Virus record (IMG/VR): IMGVR_UViG_3300042402_003477
Location: 1 to 54,924 of that record
Source: a virus
Taxonomy: Duplodnaviria > Caudoviricetes
Direction: 5' to 3' (one strand)
Length of the DNA: 54,924 nt
The notes beneath the pieces are model-generated. The model was not told the origin of the DNA. It saw only the letters and a list, made by a program, of their open reading frames with translations, and made no database searches. The position numbers and the translations under genes are program-made. Below are positions 27,270 to 36,755 of the stretch, piece by piece (the first letter of the stretch is position 1; every line of letters starts with the position of its first letter).

Positions 27270-30200
27270 TGGCATCACAAGATAGTTTTTTTAAGGTAAA
27301 AACAGGTCTAGGAGTAGGGACAAATACTTTATACGCAGATGCTGAATTTAAGCAAGTTGCAATTGGAGCAACTTCTGGTGACTATACATTAGATGTATAT
27401 GGCACAATCTATGGTGATGCTGATGTTTTAGTTGATAATAATGTTGGTATTGGAACAACAATTCCATATCAGAGACTTGATGTTAGGGGAGTTGGTATAG
27501 CATATACCATCGGTATTGGAACAACTAACCCAGAGCAAATATTCCAAGTTAATCCATCAGATGAAAATCCAGTTGTTATAACTGGATTGGGTTCATTTGG
27601 TATAGGAACCATAAATCCGGAACAAGCATTTCAAGTCAATCCATCAGATTCAAACCCAGTTGCGATTACTACTGGGGGAAAAATTGGTATCCGATTTACT
27701 GATCCTGGTGAATATGATTTAAGATATCAACCAGAAGGTGGTGGATATGATATTGTAATTAATTCCTCTGGATTTATTGGTATTAATGAACTCAATCCAG
27801 AATATAATTTAGATATTGCTGAAAATATAAGAGTATCTGGATTTGCTACTATTACAACAGAGTATGTTGGTGTATCTACAATTGGAGTAGCAACCATTGG
27901 ATCAGAAGTAGTAGGATTTTCCACTATAGGTGTTGCTAGTATTACCAGTGAAGTCGTAGGGTTCTCCACAATTGGAGTAGCGTCTATTACCCGTGAAGTA
28001 GTAGGATTTTCTACTATAGGTGTTGCTAGTATTACCAGTGAAGTCGTAGGGTTCTCGACTATAGGTGTTGCATCAATCACAACAGAAGTAGTAGGATTTT
28101 CTACTATAGGTGTTGCTAGTATTACTTCGGAAGTAGTAGGATTTTCTACTATTGGTGTTGCTAGCATTACCAGTGAAGTAGTAGGGTTCTCGACTATAGG
28201 TGTTGCATCAATCACAACAGAAGTTGTAGGGTTCTCTACTATTGGAGTAGCATCTATTACTTCTGAGGTAGTAGGGTTCTCCACCATAGGTGTTGCATCA
28301 ATTACTAATGAAGTTGTAGGGTTCTCTACTATTGGAGTAGCATCTATTACTTCTGAGGTAGTAGGTTTCTCCACGATTGGAGTTGCTAGTATCACTAATG
28401 AAGTAGTAGGGTTCTCCACCATAGGTGTTGCATCAATTACTAATGAAGTAGTAGGGTTCTCCACCATAGGTGTTGCTAGTATTACCCGTGAAGTAGTAGG
28501 ATTTTCTACTATAGGTGTTGCTAGTATCACTAACGAAGTAGTAGGATTTTCTACTATAGGTGTTGCTAGTATCACTAACGAAGTAGTAGGGTTCTCCACC
28601 ATAGGTGTTGCTAGTATTACCCGTGAAGTAGTAGGATTTTCTACTATAGGTGTTGCTAGTATCACTAACGAAGTAGTAGGGTTCTCCACCATTGGAATTG
28701 CCTCAATTACAAGAGAGAATGTATTAGATTCTGAAATAGAAAATCTTTTAGTAACTGGAATTACAACAACCGCAAAACTAGATGTTGGAATTGGAGCAAC
28801 ATTAGTTAAGGTTCGTGGATTCGGTATCACCACAGTTACTGATTTAGATGGAAATGAAATTAAGGAAATTAATCCTATAGTAGGTATCAATACCACAGAA
28901 CCAACAAGAACTCTTGATGTTGCTGGTGATTTAAGAGTTCGTGGTGAAGTTATTGATTCAAATAATCAAGTTGGATTTGCTTATTCAGTACTTGCTTCTG
29001 CTGGTGCTATTGGAATTACTGGCAGATTTATTGATGGAGCAAATCTTTTAATTCGCAATAAGGAATTTATTGCCGAAGAAATTGTTGGTTTTATCACCTC
29101 CACTGATGGTTTATTTGGAGCATATGGTCCCAATTTTGATTATGGTCCAGTTGGAGTTACAACTGGTAGAGAAAAGTGTAAGAGAGATATTGGACTAATT
29201 ATTGATGCTATCGCATTTGATATCACAAAAGGAGGAAACTCAAAGTCTGTTGGTGCAGGCATTTCATACTCTTTGGGCAATTATCTAGAAAGTAGTTCTC
29301 CAGCACCAACTGGTCTGGAATCTTATCCAGGTGGATACGTAAAGTATGCAACTCTTGCTGGAATTAGTTCAATTGCAACTTTAGCACAGTATGTAATTAA
29401 TAATTCCAGACCTCCAGTATCATATCAATCTGGCATCTCAAGTGTATCACAATTAATTGACCTAGAAATTGTTGCAGACGGAGATTCAAATACAAACATT
29501 CTTGGTTGTGCGAATGTATTATCAGCAATTCATAGTGCTGTTGGTATTGTTACCACAATTATTGGAGTTGGATATACTGCGTCAGGAATTACTACCAACT
29601 ATCCTTCTGGGGAGTTGGTATGGCAACCACCAGGACCAAGAATTGGAAATGAATGGTTTGTTAATAAATTAGGAGATGATGGAAATGGAGGAACTGGTCC
29701 AGGAGATGCTTTCCTTACTATTAAAAAAGCAGCATCTATAGCACAACCTGGCGACACAATTAAAGTATTTGCAGGTCTTTATATTGAAGATGCTCCAATC
29801 TCACTCAATGAAAGAGTTGCCGTAGTTGGAGAAGATTTAAGAAGAACTCTTGTTACAACTAGAGATTTGACTGATTTATTCTATGTTAAGAGAGGTTGTT
29901 ACGTTGCTCAACTATCTTTTGTTGGACCAAGCAATCCAGGAAAAGCAATGGTGTCCTTCCCAACGAGAGGGTATGGATATGCTGATGGAACTGAGGAAAA
30001 TTGGCAGTCACCTTACGTCCAAAACTGCACTAACTTTGTTCCAGATAGCATTGGAATGAGAATTGATGGAACCAGGGCAGGTGGTTTCAAGTCAATGGTT
30101 CTGGATGCTTATACGCAATATAATCAAGGTGGTATCGGAGTATCAATTACAAACTTTGGATATGCCCAGTTAGTTTCACTATTTACAATTTGCTGTGATA

Positions 30201-31666
30201 CTGCAGTTTTCTGTGATACTGGTGGTGTTTGTGACCTCAATAACTCCAACTCCTCATTTGGAAACTTTGGTTTAGTATCCAATGGTGCAACCCCACTCCA
30301 ATATACTGGAGAGATTGTTTCTGATCCGGAAGGGGATAACGTCGATAGTTTAGTTATTAATGTTGGAGTTGGTGCATCTCAAGAATTTAAAGATTCAGTT
30401 ACAATTTTAAGAGCAAATAAAGATTTTATTGCTTCTGAAGTTGTTGGATTTATTATTTCATCAGATGGTCCATTTGGTGCTGCTGGAACAGTATTTGATT
30501 ATGGACCAATAGGACCCGAAAAGGGAAGAGAAATCTGCAGAAGAGATAGTAAGATTATAGTAGAACAGATATGCTCTGATATTTTAACATTGGGCAATTT
30601 AAACTCAATAGATGCTGGATTAGCATATCGTGATTCGGAGGATGGATCATTAACATATTTGAATGAAACTTCCCCTCCCCCAACAGGACTATCTACTGGT
30701 TACGTTAAGAAATCAGAAATTGCTGCTATTGAAAAAATTGTTGACTTATCATATTATATCGTAAGAAACGAAGATGTTCCAACATCTTATCAGACTGGTG
30801 TTGGTTCTTTCCCTCAAGTTAAATTAACTGGAATTACAACATCAGCGCAAATAGATTCCTTCATTGAATCTCGTGCCGGAATCATCACTAGTATTATTGG
30901 AATTGGAACAACTGCTGTTCCAGCACAAATACTTCCAAAGGGACAAAGACCCTATGATGGACAGATTGCAGTTATTGATACTCAATATTATTTTGTATCT
31001 AGAATTGAAGTTACTAATCCAGGATCTGGATATGACCCAACAATTCCAGTTAATGTTACTGTAGATCTTCCCGAAAATTCTGAGTTATTCATTCCAGCAG
31101 AAGCAGCAATATTTGAAAATAATATTAATGAAGACGGGACTATCGCAAGTGTAGAAATCTTGGTTTCTGGAACTGGTTATGCAGGATACGGAGTTTCAGT
31201 TATAATTGACCCTCCTGGGGAAGGAGGAACTCAAGCAGAAGCAGTTGCTGTAATGGAAAAATATTTCTTCAATCCAGTATCGTCAACTCCTGTTTCTGTT
31301 GGAGGAACTACCACAGTTACCTTTGATGAATTTATTACATACTCTCCACTTGTCGGAGTTGGTGATACAGTGTACTTCTATCAATCAAGTAAAATCATTG
31401 CAAGTAGCATCACATTTGAATACATCGGTACTGGTATAAATATTGTAAATGCTATTCCATCAAAAGGAGCAGTTCCAATTGATGAAAATCAGGTAGTTGC
31501 TACTAATGGAGGAAAAGTTCCATTCACAAGCACTGATCAAAGTGGTGATTTTAGAATCAGTGAAGGTATTACGATTAATCAAAATACTGGAACTATTAGT
31601 GGTCAAGCATTTAGCAAGAGCCTTCAGGCAGAAGTTACTCCATTAATTATTGCATTACAACAATAA
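27269..31666 (+). CDS. tail-fibre-like structural protein with 15-aa tandem repeat
   Basis: VGIGTTxP fibre repeats, 18x EVVGFSTIGVASITx, beta-helix-like region. Confidence 0.8.
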   Translation: MASQDSFFKVKTGLGVGTNTLYADAEFKQVAIGATSGDYTLDVYGTIYGDADVLVDNNVGIGTTIPYQRLDVRGVGIAYTIGIGTTNPEQIFQVNPSDENPVVITGLGSFGIGTINPEQAFQVNPSDSNPVAITTGGKIGIRFTDPGEYDLRYQPEGGGYDIVINSSGFIGINELNPEYNLDIAENIRVSGFATITTEYVGVSTIGVATIGSEVVGFSTIGVASITSEVVGFSTIGVASITREVVGFSTIGVASITSEVVGFSTIGVASITTEVVGFSTIGVASITSEVVGFSTIGVASITSEVVGFSTIGVASITTEVVGFSTIGVASITSEVVGFSTIGVASITNEVVGFSTIGVASITSEVVGFSTIGVASITNEVVGFSTIGVASITNEVVGFSTIGVASITREVVGFSTIGVASITNEVVGFSTIGVASITNEVVGFSTIGVASITREVVGFSTIGVASITNEVVGFSTIGIASITRENVLDSEIENLLVTGITTTAKLDVGIGATLVKVRGFGITTVTDLDGNEIKEINPIVGINTTEPTRTLDVAGDLRVRGEVIDSNNQVGFAYSVLASAGAIGITGRFIDGANLLIRNKEFIAEEIVGFITSTDGLFGAYGPNFDYGPVGVTTGREKCKRDIGLIIDAIAFDITKGGNSKSVGAGISYSLGNYLESSSPAPTGLESYPGGYVKYATLAGISSIATLAQYVINNSRPPVSYQSGISSVSQLIDLEIVADGDSNTNILGCANVLSAIHSAVGIVTTIIGVGYTASGITTNYPSGELVWQPPGPRIGNEWFVNKLGDDGNGGTGPGDAFLTIKKAASIAQPGDTIKVFAGLYIEDAPISLNERVAVVGEDLRRTLVTTRDLTDLFYVKRGCYVAQLSFVGPSNPGKAMVSFPTRGYGYADGTEENWQSPYVQNCTNFVPDSIGMRIDGTRAGGFKSMVLDAYTQYNQGGIGVSITNFGYAQLVSLFTICCDTAVFCDTGGVCDLNNSNSSFGNFGLVSNGATPLQYTGEIVSDPEGDNVDSLVINVGVGASQEFKDSVTILRANKDFIASEVVGFIISSDGPFGAAGTVFDYGPIGPEKGREICRRDSKIIVEQICSDILTLGNLNSIDAGLAYRDSEDGSLTYLNETSPPPTGLSTGYVKKSEIAAIEKIVDLSYYIVRNEDVPTSYQTGVGSFPQVKLTGITTSAQIDSFIESRAGIITSIIGIGTTAVPAQILPKGQRPYDGQIAVIDTQYYFVSRIEVTNPGSGYDPTIPVNVTVDLPENSELFIPAEAAIFENNINEDGTIASVEILVSGTGYAGYGVSVIIDPPGEGGTQAEAVAVMEKYFFNPVSSTPVSVGGTTTVTFDEFITYSPLVGVGDTVYFYQSSKIIASSITFEYIGTGINIVNAIPSKGAVPIDENQVVATNGGKVPFTSTDQSGDFRISEGITINQNTGTISGQAFSKSLQAEVTPLIIALQQ
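27905..28714 (+). repeat. 45-bp coding tandem repeat, 18 copies (plus one degenerate copy from about 27860)
   Basis: EVVGFSTIGVASIT[S/R/T/N]; 18 x 45 = 810 bp. Confidence 0.95.
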
Positions 31667-31672
31667 AAAACC

Positions 31673-32053
31673 ATGGCACAACAACCTTTAAATCAATATA
31701 AAACTATTACTGGTATTGTAAGTACTTCCGCAGAAGAAATTTACAGAACTAGAACTGGATATACTACAATTGTTCTCTATGCCCAAGTTGCCAACACTGG
31801 AGTTGGGGTAGGCACGGTTTCTTTCTATCATCAAAGAGAAACTAGAAGTCAGGCTGGAGTTACTACAAGTCAAAGTGAAATCTTATTCCAAACTCCAGTT
31901 CCTCCAAACGATGCCTTAATTATGTTGGATGGAAGATTAGTATTGGAAAGAACTGCTTTAAAAACTGATAGCATTAGATTATCAGGAATTTCAACTTCAA
32001 ATCCAAATCATTTGAAATATACAGTTTCTTTATTAGAAACTCTCAATCAATAA
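31673..32053 (+). CDS. small virion/fibre accessory protein
   Basis: 126-aa beta-rich ORF between fibre genes. Confidence 0.65.
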   Translation: MAQQPLNQYKTITGIVSTSAEEIYRTRTGYTTIVLYAQVANTGVGVGTVSFYHQRETRSQAGVTTSQSEILFQTPVPPNDALIMLDGRLVLERTALKTDSIRLSGISTSNPNHLKYTVSLLETLNQ

Positions 32054-32073
32054 TTAATAATAAATAATCTTAA

Positions 32074-32093
32074 AGGGGGATAGTGGAACCCAA
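32074..32093 (+). promoter_or_regulatory. conserved leader element, copy 2
   Basis: AGGGGGATAGTGGAACCCAA, identical to 27250-27269. Confidence 0.6.
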
Positions 32094-32095
32094 CT

Positions 32096-35000
32096 ATGGC
32101 AAAGTATTTAAGCAGAAGAGTTGTAAGAACACCTCAATCAAGATTAACTCCTGATAGATATCAGTTTCTGGGGTTAAATCAAGCTGAGCCTAATTTGGGT
32201 GATCCTCCTGGAGATGAACTTCCAATCGGTCCTCAATATATGCTGGTATCCGTTGATGGATATCCAGGAGAAAGATATTGGGTCACTATTCCGCCAGGAC
32301 AAATTGAACTCGGAATTACAGTTCGTGATGAAGGTGAAATTATTGGTGGACTTGCTGGAATTGGATCTATTACTCAGTTAAACTTTGTTGGTCGTGGGGT
32401 CAGTGTAACTGGAGTTGTAGAACCTGGAATTGGAATTGCGACAATATATGTTGGAGATACTTCCCTTTATATTAATGAACCAACAGATTCTTCCCCAAGA
32501 TATATTGGATTTACAAGTATAACTGCTACTGGAATCACAACAATTCTGGATATTTCTTCAGAAAACTTGGTATTTATTCCAAGTACAGGAAATCTTGGTA
32601 TAGGATCTACTCAACCACAATATAATTTAGATATTGGATATGGAACTACCCTGAAAATTGGAGGGGATTTAGTAGATAGTTATGGAAACTTAGGACCTAT
32701 ATCTCAAGATAGATACTTAAAATCATTAGGCCCTGGATTAGGTGTAACTTGGTCTACTGCTCTAGGAGAAACAGGTCTCCAAGGACTTCAGGGAATTCAA
32801 GGAAGACAAGGTGTTCAAGGAACTACAGGTTCGCAAGGTATCCAAGGAATTCAGGGAGTTCAAGGAAGACAAGGAATTCAAGGTCAATTAGGAAATCAAG
32901 GCACTCAAGGTACTCAAGGTACTCAAGGCACTCAAGGAATTCAAGGTCAATTAGGAAATCAAGGTATCCAAGGAATTCAAGGTATCCAAGGAATTCAAGG
33001 TACTCAAGGAATTCAAGGAATTCAAGGTACTCAAGGTACTCAAGGTACTCAAGGCACCGAAGGTTCTCAAGGAACTCAAGGAATTCAAGGTCAATTAGGA
33101 AATCAAGGAATTCAAGGAATTCAAGGTGCTCAAGGCACCGAAGGTTCTCAAGGAATTCAAGGAGTTCAAGGAGTTCAAGGAACTCAAGGAAGGCAAGGAG
33201 TTCAAGGCACCCAAGGTACTCAAGGATTATCTGGAGAGATTGGTTCTGAAGGACCTCAAGGTACTCAAGGTACTCAAGGCACTCAAGGAAGACAAGGAAT
33301 TCAAGGAACTACAGGTTCCCAAGGTATCCAAGGAATTCAAGGAATTCAAGGAACTCAAGGTACTCAAGGAACTATAGGATCAACTGGAGATGCTGGATCT
33401 CAAGGAACTCAAGGAATTCAAGGTCAGTTAGGAAATCAAGGAACTCAAGGAACTCAAGGAACTCAAGGAACTACAGGTTCTCAAGGAAGACAAGGAATTC
33501 AAGGAATTCAAGGAATTGATGGTCCAGTAGGAGCTATAGGATCACAAGGTATTCAGGGAACGCAAGGAACTCAAGGAACTCAGGGAGTTCAAGGTGCAGT
33601 TGGATTCAGTGGAACTCAAGGTACTCAAGGTATTCAAGGCAGTCAAGGTAGACAGGGAATTCAAGGACAAACTGGTTCAGGAAATCAAGGTATCCAAGGA
33701 ATTCAAGGTACTCAAGGAATACAAGGAATACAAGGAATACAAGGTATTCAAGGAATTCAGGGAACTAAAGGTGATGATGGCACTTCAATTAATATTGTAG
33801 GAACATTAGCATTAACTCCTGGAAGTGAAATTACTGAGTTAAATGCTGCATTCCCCTCTGCAAGTCTTGGTGATAGTGTAATTGATAGTAATACTGGAAA
33901 TTTATGGGTATCCGATGGAAGTAGTGGGTGGACTAATGCAGGAAATATTCGTGGTCCACAAGGCATCCAAGGTATTCAAGGAATTCAAGGTCCTCAAGGA
34001 ATTCAGGGAACTCAAGGAAGACAAGGAGTTCAAGGACAATCTGGATCTGGTTCTCAAGGAATTCAAGGTATTCAGGGTAGACAGGGAATTCAGGGGGTTC
34101 AGGGACAATCTGGTTCTGGTTCTCAAGGAATTCAAGGTACTCAAGGAATTCAAGGTGCTCAAGGAATTCAAGGATCAGATGGTTTTAGAGGTATTCAAGG
34201 TACTCAAGGCACTCAAGGTACTCAGGGAACTCAAGGAAGACAAGGAGTTCAAGGTCAATCTGGAACTGGAAACCAAGGAATTCAAGGAATTCAAGGTTCT
34301 GAAGGAACTCAAGGAAGACAAGGAGTTCAAGGACAGTCTGGAACTGGAAACCAAGGCATTCAAGGCCCACAAGGAACTCAAGGAAGACAAGGAGTTCAAG
34401 GACAATCTGGATCTGGTTCTCAAGGTATTCAGGGTACAGCTGGAACTAGTCAAGGTATCCAGGGCATCCAAGGAATCCAAGGTAGGGCAGGTCAAGATAG
34501 TGATGTTGCAGGACCTCAAGGAATTCAGGGATTCCGTGGAAATCAGGGAATTCAAGGATTAACTGGAACTGGAGCTTTAGGACCTCAAGGAGTTCAGGGA
34601 TCCCGTGGAAATCAAGGTATTCAAGGATTAACTGGAACTGGAGATTTAGGACCTCAAGGAGTTCAGGGATCCCGTGGAAATCAGGGTATTCAAGGACAAT
34701 CTGGAACTGGAAACCAAGGAATTCAAGGCATTCAGGGTAGACAGGGAATTCAGGGGTTCTTCGGGACACAAGGTATTCAAGGTATAAGCAATCAAGGTGT
34801 TCAAGGATTTAAAGGTGATCAAGGCAATCAAGGAATTCAAGGCATTCAAGGTAGACAAGGTATTCAAGGACCAAGAGGACAAGATGCAGATCCAACAACA
34901 ACTGTAAATACTGCCAAAGAACTTTATGATACTTTCGGATCTGATTATATAAGAGTTCGAGGTGGAGAAACTGCACCTGAGTCCGCATATCTGGAGATTT

Positions 35001-36055
35001 TGACTGGGGATAATGGAACTGAACCAATTTATGTAAGACAATATATTGGACAAACAAAAGCTCATGAGTTAATTTTGCTTGATGAATCTCAATTTACATA
35101 TATTCCAAAAGCACTCGGAGTTAATGTAGGTAGTATAGACACTTCATATAAATTGCACGTAGGTGGGAAAGGATTATTTACTAATGATTTAACAACAAAT
35201 GCTAGGTTAATTTCACTTACAACTACTCAAGCTCCTTTAGCAGTCTCTTCGAATATACTAGTTTCTAATCTGAACGTAGACCTAGTGGACGGATTTAATG
35301 CTACCAATGCATCTCCTTGGTTCAATAGAATTCCTGTGGTCGGAGGTCAAGGATCTTTAAATATAGGTAGAAGAATCGAATTCCATACTGTAACTGATGC
35401 GAGTACTACATTTACAATCGACAATCCTTCTAATAATGTATTGACTTTTAGTGGATCCATAACTGCCACTGGATTAACTGGAAGTTTGGCAAATGGAGTA
35501 ACTGCCGGAAATGGATTAACCGGAGGAACATTTAATAACAGTGGCAACGTTACATTTGCAGTTGGAACTCCAAGTAATATCACAAGTACTTCTACTAACT
35601 CGGTCACTTCTACGAGTCATACTCACTTATTAGCAGACGGAGCAGTCACAACTAACAAAATAGAAAACGATGCAGTCACGACTGCGAAAATATCAAATGG
35701 TAGTATAACTGCTCCTAAACTTAGTGGTGGTCAAACCAATGCTGCGTGCCCGATTTATGGAATAAGAGCTTGGGCTTATATTACAAGTGGAACTACCACC
35801 CCTGTCCGTACTGGTTCCGGAAATATAGCAAGTGTCTCTAGAAATGGTAATGGAGATTATACAGTCACATTTTCCGCTTCTACACCACTTCCTAATAGTA
35901 ATTATGCGGTGGTTGGTACTTGTGGAAGTGATGGAGATCATATAGTCACAGATATAACTGATAAATCCACTACTGGGTTTAGATTCCGCACTCGGGATGT
36001 ATTTAATAATGCATATCAAAATACTAGCCAAATCCATATAATGGTGATTGGTTAA
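32096..36055 (+). CDS. collagen-like tail fibre protein
   Basis: two long G-X-Q tracts, GNLGIGSTQP motif, C-terminal beta domain. Confidence 0.85.
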   Translation: MAKYLSRRVVRTPQSRLTPDRYQFLGLNQAEPNLGDPPGDELPIGPQYMLVSVDGYPGERYWVTIPPGQIELGITVRDEGEIIGGLAGIGSITQLNFVGRGVSVTGVVEPGIGIATIYVGDTSLYINEPTDSSPRYIGFTSITATGITTILDISSENLVFIPSTGNLGIGSTQPQYNLDIGYGTTLKIGGDLVDSYGNLGPISQDRYLKSLGPGLGVTWSTALGETGLQGLQGIQGRQGVQGTTGSQGIQGIQGVQGRQGIQGQLGNQGTQGTQGTQGTQGIQGQLGNQGIQGIQGIQGIQGTQGIQGIQGTQGTQGTQGTEGSQGTQGIQGQLGNQGIQGIQGAQGTEGSQGIQGVQGVQGTQGRQGVQGTQGTQGLSGEIGSEGPQGTQGTQGTQGRQGIQGTTGSQGIQGIQGIQGTQGTQGTIGSTGDAGSQGTQGIQGQLGNQGTQGTQGTQGTTGSQGRQGIQGIQGIDGPVGAIGSQGIQGTQGTQGTQGVQGAVGFSGTQGTQGIQGSQGRQGIQGQTGSGNQGIQGIQGTQGIQGIQGIQGIQGIQGTKGDDGTSINIVGTLALTPGSEITELNAAFPSASLGDSVIDSNTGNLWVSDGSSGWTNAGNIRGPQGIQGIQGIQGPQGIQGTQGRQGVQGQSGSGSQGIQGIQGRQGIQGVQGQSGSGSQGIQGTQGIQGAQGIQGSDGFRGIQGTQGTQGTQGTQGRQGVQGQSGTGNQGIQGIQGSEGTQGRQGVQGQSGTGNQGIQGPQGTQGRQGVQGQSGSGSQGIQGTAGTSQGIQGIQGIQGRAGQDSDVAGPQGIQGFRGNQGIQGLTGTGALGPQGVQGSRGNQGIQGLTGTGDLGPQGVQGSRGNQGIQGQSGTGNQGIQGIQGRQGIQGFFGTQGIQGISNQGVQGFKGDQGNQGIQGIQGRQGIQGPRGQDADPTTTVNTAKELYDTFGSDYIRVRGGETAPESAYLEILTGDNGTEPIYVRQYIGQTKAHELILLDESQFTYIPKALGVNVGSIDTSYKLHVGGKGLFTNDLTTNARLISLTTTQAPLAVSSNILVSNLNVDLVDGFNATNASPWFNRIPVVGGQGSLNIGRRIEFHTVTDASTTFTIDNPSNNVLTFSGSITATGLTGSLANGVTAGNGLTGGTFNNSGNVTFAVGTPSNITSTSTNSVTSTSHTHLLADGAVTTNKIENDAVTTAKISNGSITAPKLSGGQTNAACPIYGIRAWAYITSGTTTPVRTGSGNIASVSRNGNGDYTVTFSASTPLPNSNYAVVGTCGSDGDHIVTDITDKSTTGFRFRTRDVFNNAYQNTSQIHIMVIG
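32765..34880 (+). repeat. 9-bp-period collagen-like G-X-Q repeats (two tracts split by a short non-collagen insert at about 33780-33950)
   Basis: caaggaatt / caaggtact / caaggaact arrays. Confidence 0.9.
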
Positions 36056-36063
36056 TATAAATA
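36056..36063 (+). promoter_or_regulatory. T4-type late promoter
   Basis: TATAAATA in the intergenic gap. Confidence 0.75.
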
Positions 36064-36076
36064 CCTAAAAACCCAA

Positions 36077-36403
36077 ATGGCAGTACCAGTAGTAAATCTA
36101 ACAATAGACCAGGGAACTAGATTTTCTACTTCCCTGAAAATCAAACTAGATGGTGGTGCATTGAATCTTTCTGGATATACATTTTCATCTAAACTAAAGA
36201 AGCATTACGGGGCAACAACATCATATCCATTTACAGTTTCTATTGCTTCTACAACAACTGGAACTATTACAATAGGAATGGCAAGTACAATTACTGATGC
36301 CATTCCTCCAGGTAGATATGTTTATGATGTTTTATCTACTAATAGTGGGATCACCAATAAGGTAGTAGAAGGTACAGTAATAGTAAAAGGAACTGCAACC
36401 TAA
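36077..36403 (+). CDS. small virion structural protein (Ig/BppU-like)
   Basis: NLTIDQG..F...LSGY...GRYVYDV...VVEG motif. Confidence 0.7.
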   Translation: MAVPVVNLTIDQGTRFSTSLKIKLDGGALNLSGYTFSSKLKKHYGATTSYPFTVSIASTTTGTITIGMASTITDAIPPGRYVYDVLSTNSGITNKVVEGTVIVKGTAT

Positions 36404-36729
36404 TGGATATAGAAGTAGAATTAGTCTCATCTCAATATACCATAGAATTCACAACTCCTTCTATTCAAGAAGTACAACCAACCACAACAGAAATTATGAG
36501 AATTCAGGATCTAGTAGATTTTGATGATTCAAATACCAATGACAAATATGTAATGGTATATGATTCTTCTCAGCAAAAATTTAAAATGGTTAATCCTGAT
36601 GAGGTTTTAAATTATGCAGCAGGAGAAGAGACCATACAACCTGGATTAGTTGGGTATGCTTCTACATTCTTAGAAAGATTGGATGTTGATTTGGATGATA
36701 AGATTGATTTGGATGCAGGTACTTTTTAA
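36403..36729 (+). CDS. hypothetical structural protein
   Basis: acidic; ends IDLDAGTF, similar to the end of the next gene. Confidence 0.65.
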   Translation: MDIEVELVSSQYTIEFTTPSIQEVQPTTTEIMRIQDLVDFDDSNTNDKYVMVYDSSQQKFKMVNPDEVLNYAAGEETIQPGLVGYASTFLERLDVDLDDKIDLDAGTF

Positions 36730-36755
36730 TAAATAGTAAAAAGTAACAGAAAATC

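Noticed and set aside
27905-28714. Possible CRISPR array
   Set aside because: The units are contiguous, in-frame coding repeats with no unique spacers, and no cas operon is present.
27727-28896. 389-aa minus-strand ORF
   Set aside because: It is the antisense shadow of the 45-bp coding repeat and has no independent start signals.
32749-35065. Multiple alternative-frame and antisense ORFs (SRNSR, KEFKE, LNSL types)
   Set aside because: They are frame shadows of 9-bp collagen repeats that happen to lack stops; no slippery site was identified.
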